In this document: positions 62,801 to 64,000 of the stretch, in pieces | Position numbering within the stretch: the first letter of the stretch is position 1 | Layout: each line of letters opens with the position of its first letter | Source of the DNA: Phoronis australis | Lineage: Eukaryota > Animalia > Phoronida | Assembly (NCBI GenBank): GCA_002633005.1 | Contig: NMRA01000074.1 | Span: 423,275-487,274, forward strand | Length of the DNA stretch: 64,000 nt | Direction: 5' to 3' | Program-made: the position numbers and the translations under genes | Notes under the pieces: model-generated | Told to the model about the DNA's origin: nothing | The model's input: the letters and a program-made list of their open reading frames with translations, nothing else | Databases searched by the model: none

Positions 62801-63935
62801 CTTCTGATGAGAATTTTTCGGTTGAAGGAAAACCCCTTCTCCCAGGTCACAAAACCAATTTCATTCTGGTCGCCACCTGAAGTAGCCAAAACTGATGTTT
62901 CTCTGAAGTGTTTCTAACCTTAAAGAATTTTTTTAATCACTGAATTAGAATTATTGGGCCTAATGGGGCAAATTTCATGCTAATTTGAAATATAATTCAT
63001 GGGGAATGGGGCCGATATTCGCCTCACAAATCTGAGGCATTGAGGCCCTTGTTGTATATGAACCATTTAAATTCATTAAGGTCTCTACCCTGATTTCAGC
63101 GTGGCAGGCGTTTAACAGTGACTACTTCCAATACTTGGAGATCGACCTTGGTGAGCGGCACCTGATCACGCGTGTGCAGACGCAAGGACTACGTGGCAGT
63201 GGACAATATGTGCAGCAGTTCTATCTACTATATAGCACCGACAAGGTCACGTGGATCTATGTGACGGATGAAAACAATGAGCCAATGGTAAGCAAATGGG
63301 GTGGGGGAGAATGGGCGAGGCTAGGGCAGCTGGCTTCTTGAATCATTGACGTACAAACTTATTGGTGCCTAGGAGAGTACGGGTCTAGGGAAGAAGTATG
63401 TTCTCAAAATTCTCAAAGACTTTGTGCTTTTGCTCAGCTGAGGTTTAAATTAATTATTTTTGTGAAATAGTTGTGCGGAGCATAATCCCAAAAAAGGTTG
63501 TCATCCAAGTAATTATTACATTCTAGAAATAGTTTATAGAAATAATCTCAAGAACTAGGAGTAATACATATATTCCCAGAGACGTTTTGGCTCAGGTGAG
63601 GTCTAATTATTTTTCTTAAATAGTTGTGGGGAGTGTACTGCTGATTTTTCTGTCAGTCGTTAACCCCTTTTCATAAAACAGACCTCTCTTGTCTGGTATG
63701 GTTATTTTGAACCGTCTACTTATCAACACAAACCTACGTTAGGATCTTGACAAGTGTTCTGAAGTCTCATGTGTCCACCTTCTCTGTCCTTAGCTGCTTG
63801 ATGCCAACACCGATGACAACACCATAGCCAATGTGTTCCTTGCCAAGCCGATCGTGGCACGCTACGTCCGCTTCAGCCCGCAAAGGTGGCGCAACATGAT
63901 CTCCATGAGAGTTGAGCTGTTTGGTTGTACTTATG
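53897..63935 (+). CDS. Neurexin-IV / contactin-associated protein (CNTNAP/Caspr)-like, 5' part: signal peptide + F5/8 type C (discoidin) domain; probably continues beyond the window
   Basis: Phase-consistent exons 53897-53972 (MGMATTGLFLVLILALFRTATPKEQ), 61785-61910, 63100-63287 and 63794-63935. Domain reads CRSESLLGMQTGRIKDNQIDASS...ERAPSQARL...AWQAFNSDYFQYLEIDLG...RVQTQG...PIVARYVRFSPQRWRNMISMRVELFGCTY. The discoidin domain is certain. The Nrx-IV/CNTNAP assignment rests on its N-terminal position and recalled similarity (ERGPDKARL, RWHDRISMRVELYGCDY). Confidence 0.85.
59938..60457. mobile_element. 520-bp MITE with 13-bp TIR CAGGGCTTGGAAT and 6-bp flanking repeat AAAATA
   Basis: Perfect TIRs at both ends, internal TTTCCGC repeats, and AAAATA at 59932-59937 and 60458-60463. 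A lone matching TIR (ATTCCAAGCCCTG) occurs at 12082-12094. Confidence 0.85.
62757..62842. repeat. 43-bp tandem duplication, intronic
   Basis: CCTTCTGATGAGAATTTTTCGGT(C/T)GAAGGAAAACCCCTTCTCC x2. Confidence 0.9.
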
Positions 63936-64000
63936 GCAAGTAGTGGCTGACACGTGATTATGATAAAGTACCTTTCAAAATTTAATGCATTTTTCAACAA

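Noticed and set aside
62757-62842. CTGATGA-containing tandem repeat as a dimeric hammerhead ribozyme
   Set aside because: No stem II followed by GAAA in the correct register (GAAG instead), and no stem III or cleavage triplet.

Overview
AT-rich, intron-containing animal DNA, apparently from a heterozygous invertebrate draft assembly (single-N joins at 14207, 28641, 45595, 51304). It is not prokaryotic, and I found no CRISPR array, rRNA or convincing tRNA gene. Five protein-coding loci were reconstructed by hand. (1) An intronless melatonin-receptor-like class A GPCR runs off the left edge (1-648, -) and is absent from the ORF track. (2) An 11-coding-exon Lifeguard/TMBIM (Bax inhibitor-1 family) gene of about 341 aa lies at 18419-35634 (-). 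(3) A single-RRM Nop6-like gene lies at 40189-46498 (+); its start exon was not found. (4) An orphan 306-aa single-exon ORF lies at 50131-51051 (-). (5) The 5' part of a Neurexin-IV/CNTNAP-like gene (signal peptide plus F5/8 type C domain) lies at 53897-63935 (+) and ends at a probable GC-AG donor. The rest is dense in transposon debris: hAT, IS3EU-like, LINE, Penelope-like, a probable solo LTR and many MITEs. Three N-flanked duplications that copy exons or intergenic DNA are most likely uncollapsed haplotypes. The most unusual structures are (a) a 673-bp foldback element and its 100-bp spacerless perfect-palindrome relative, each with its own 8-bp TSD, and (b) three or four tRNA-headed short elements that carry an inverted copy of their own 3' tail, like the nearby Penelope-type fragment with a hammerhead-like core. 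All family assignments come from motif recognition by eye, not database searches.
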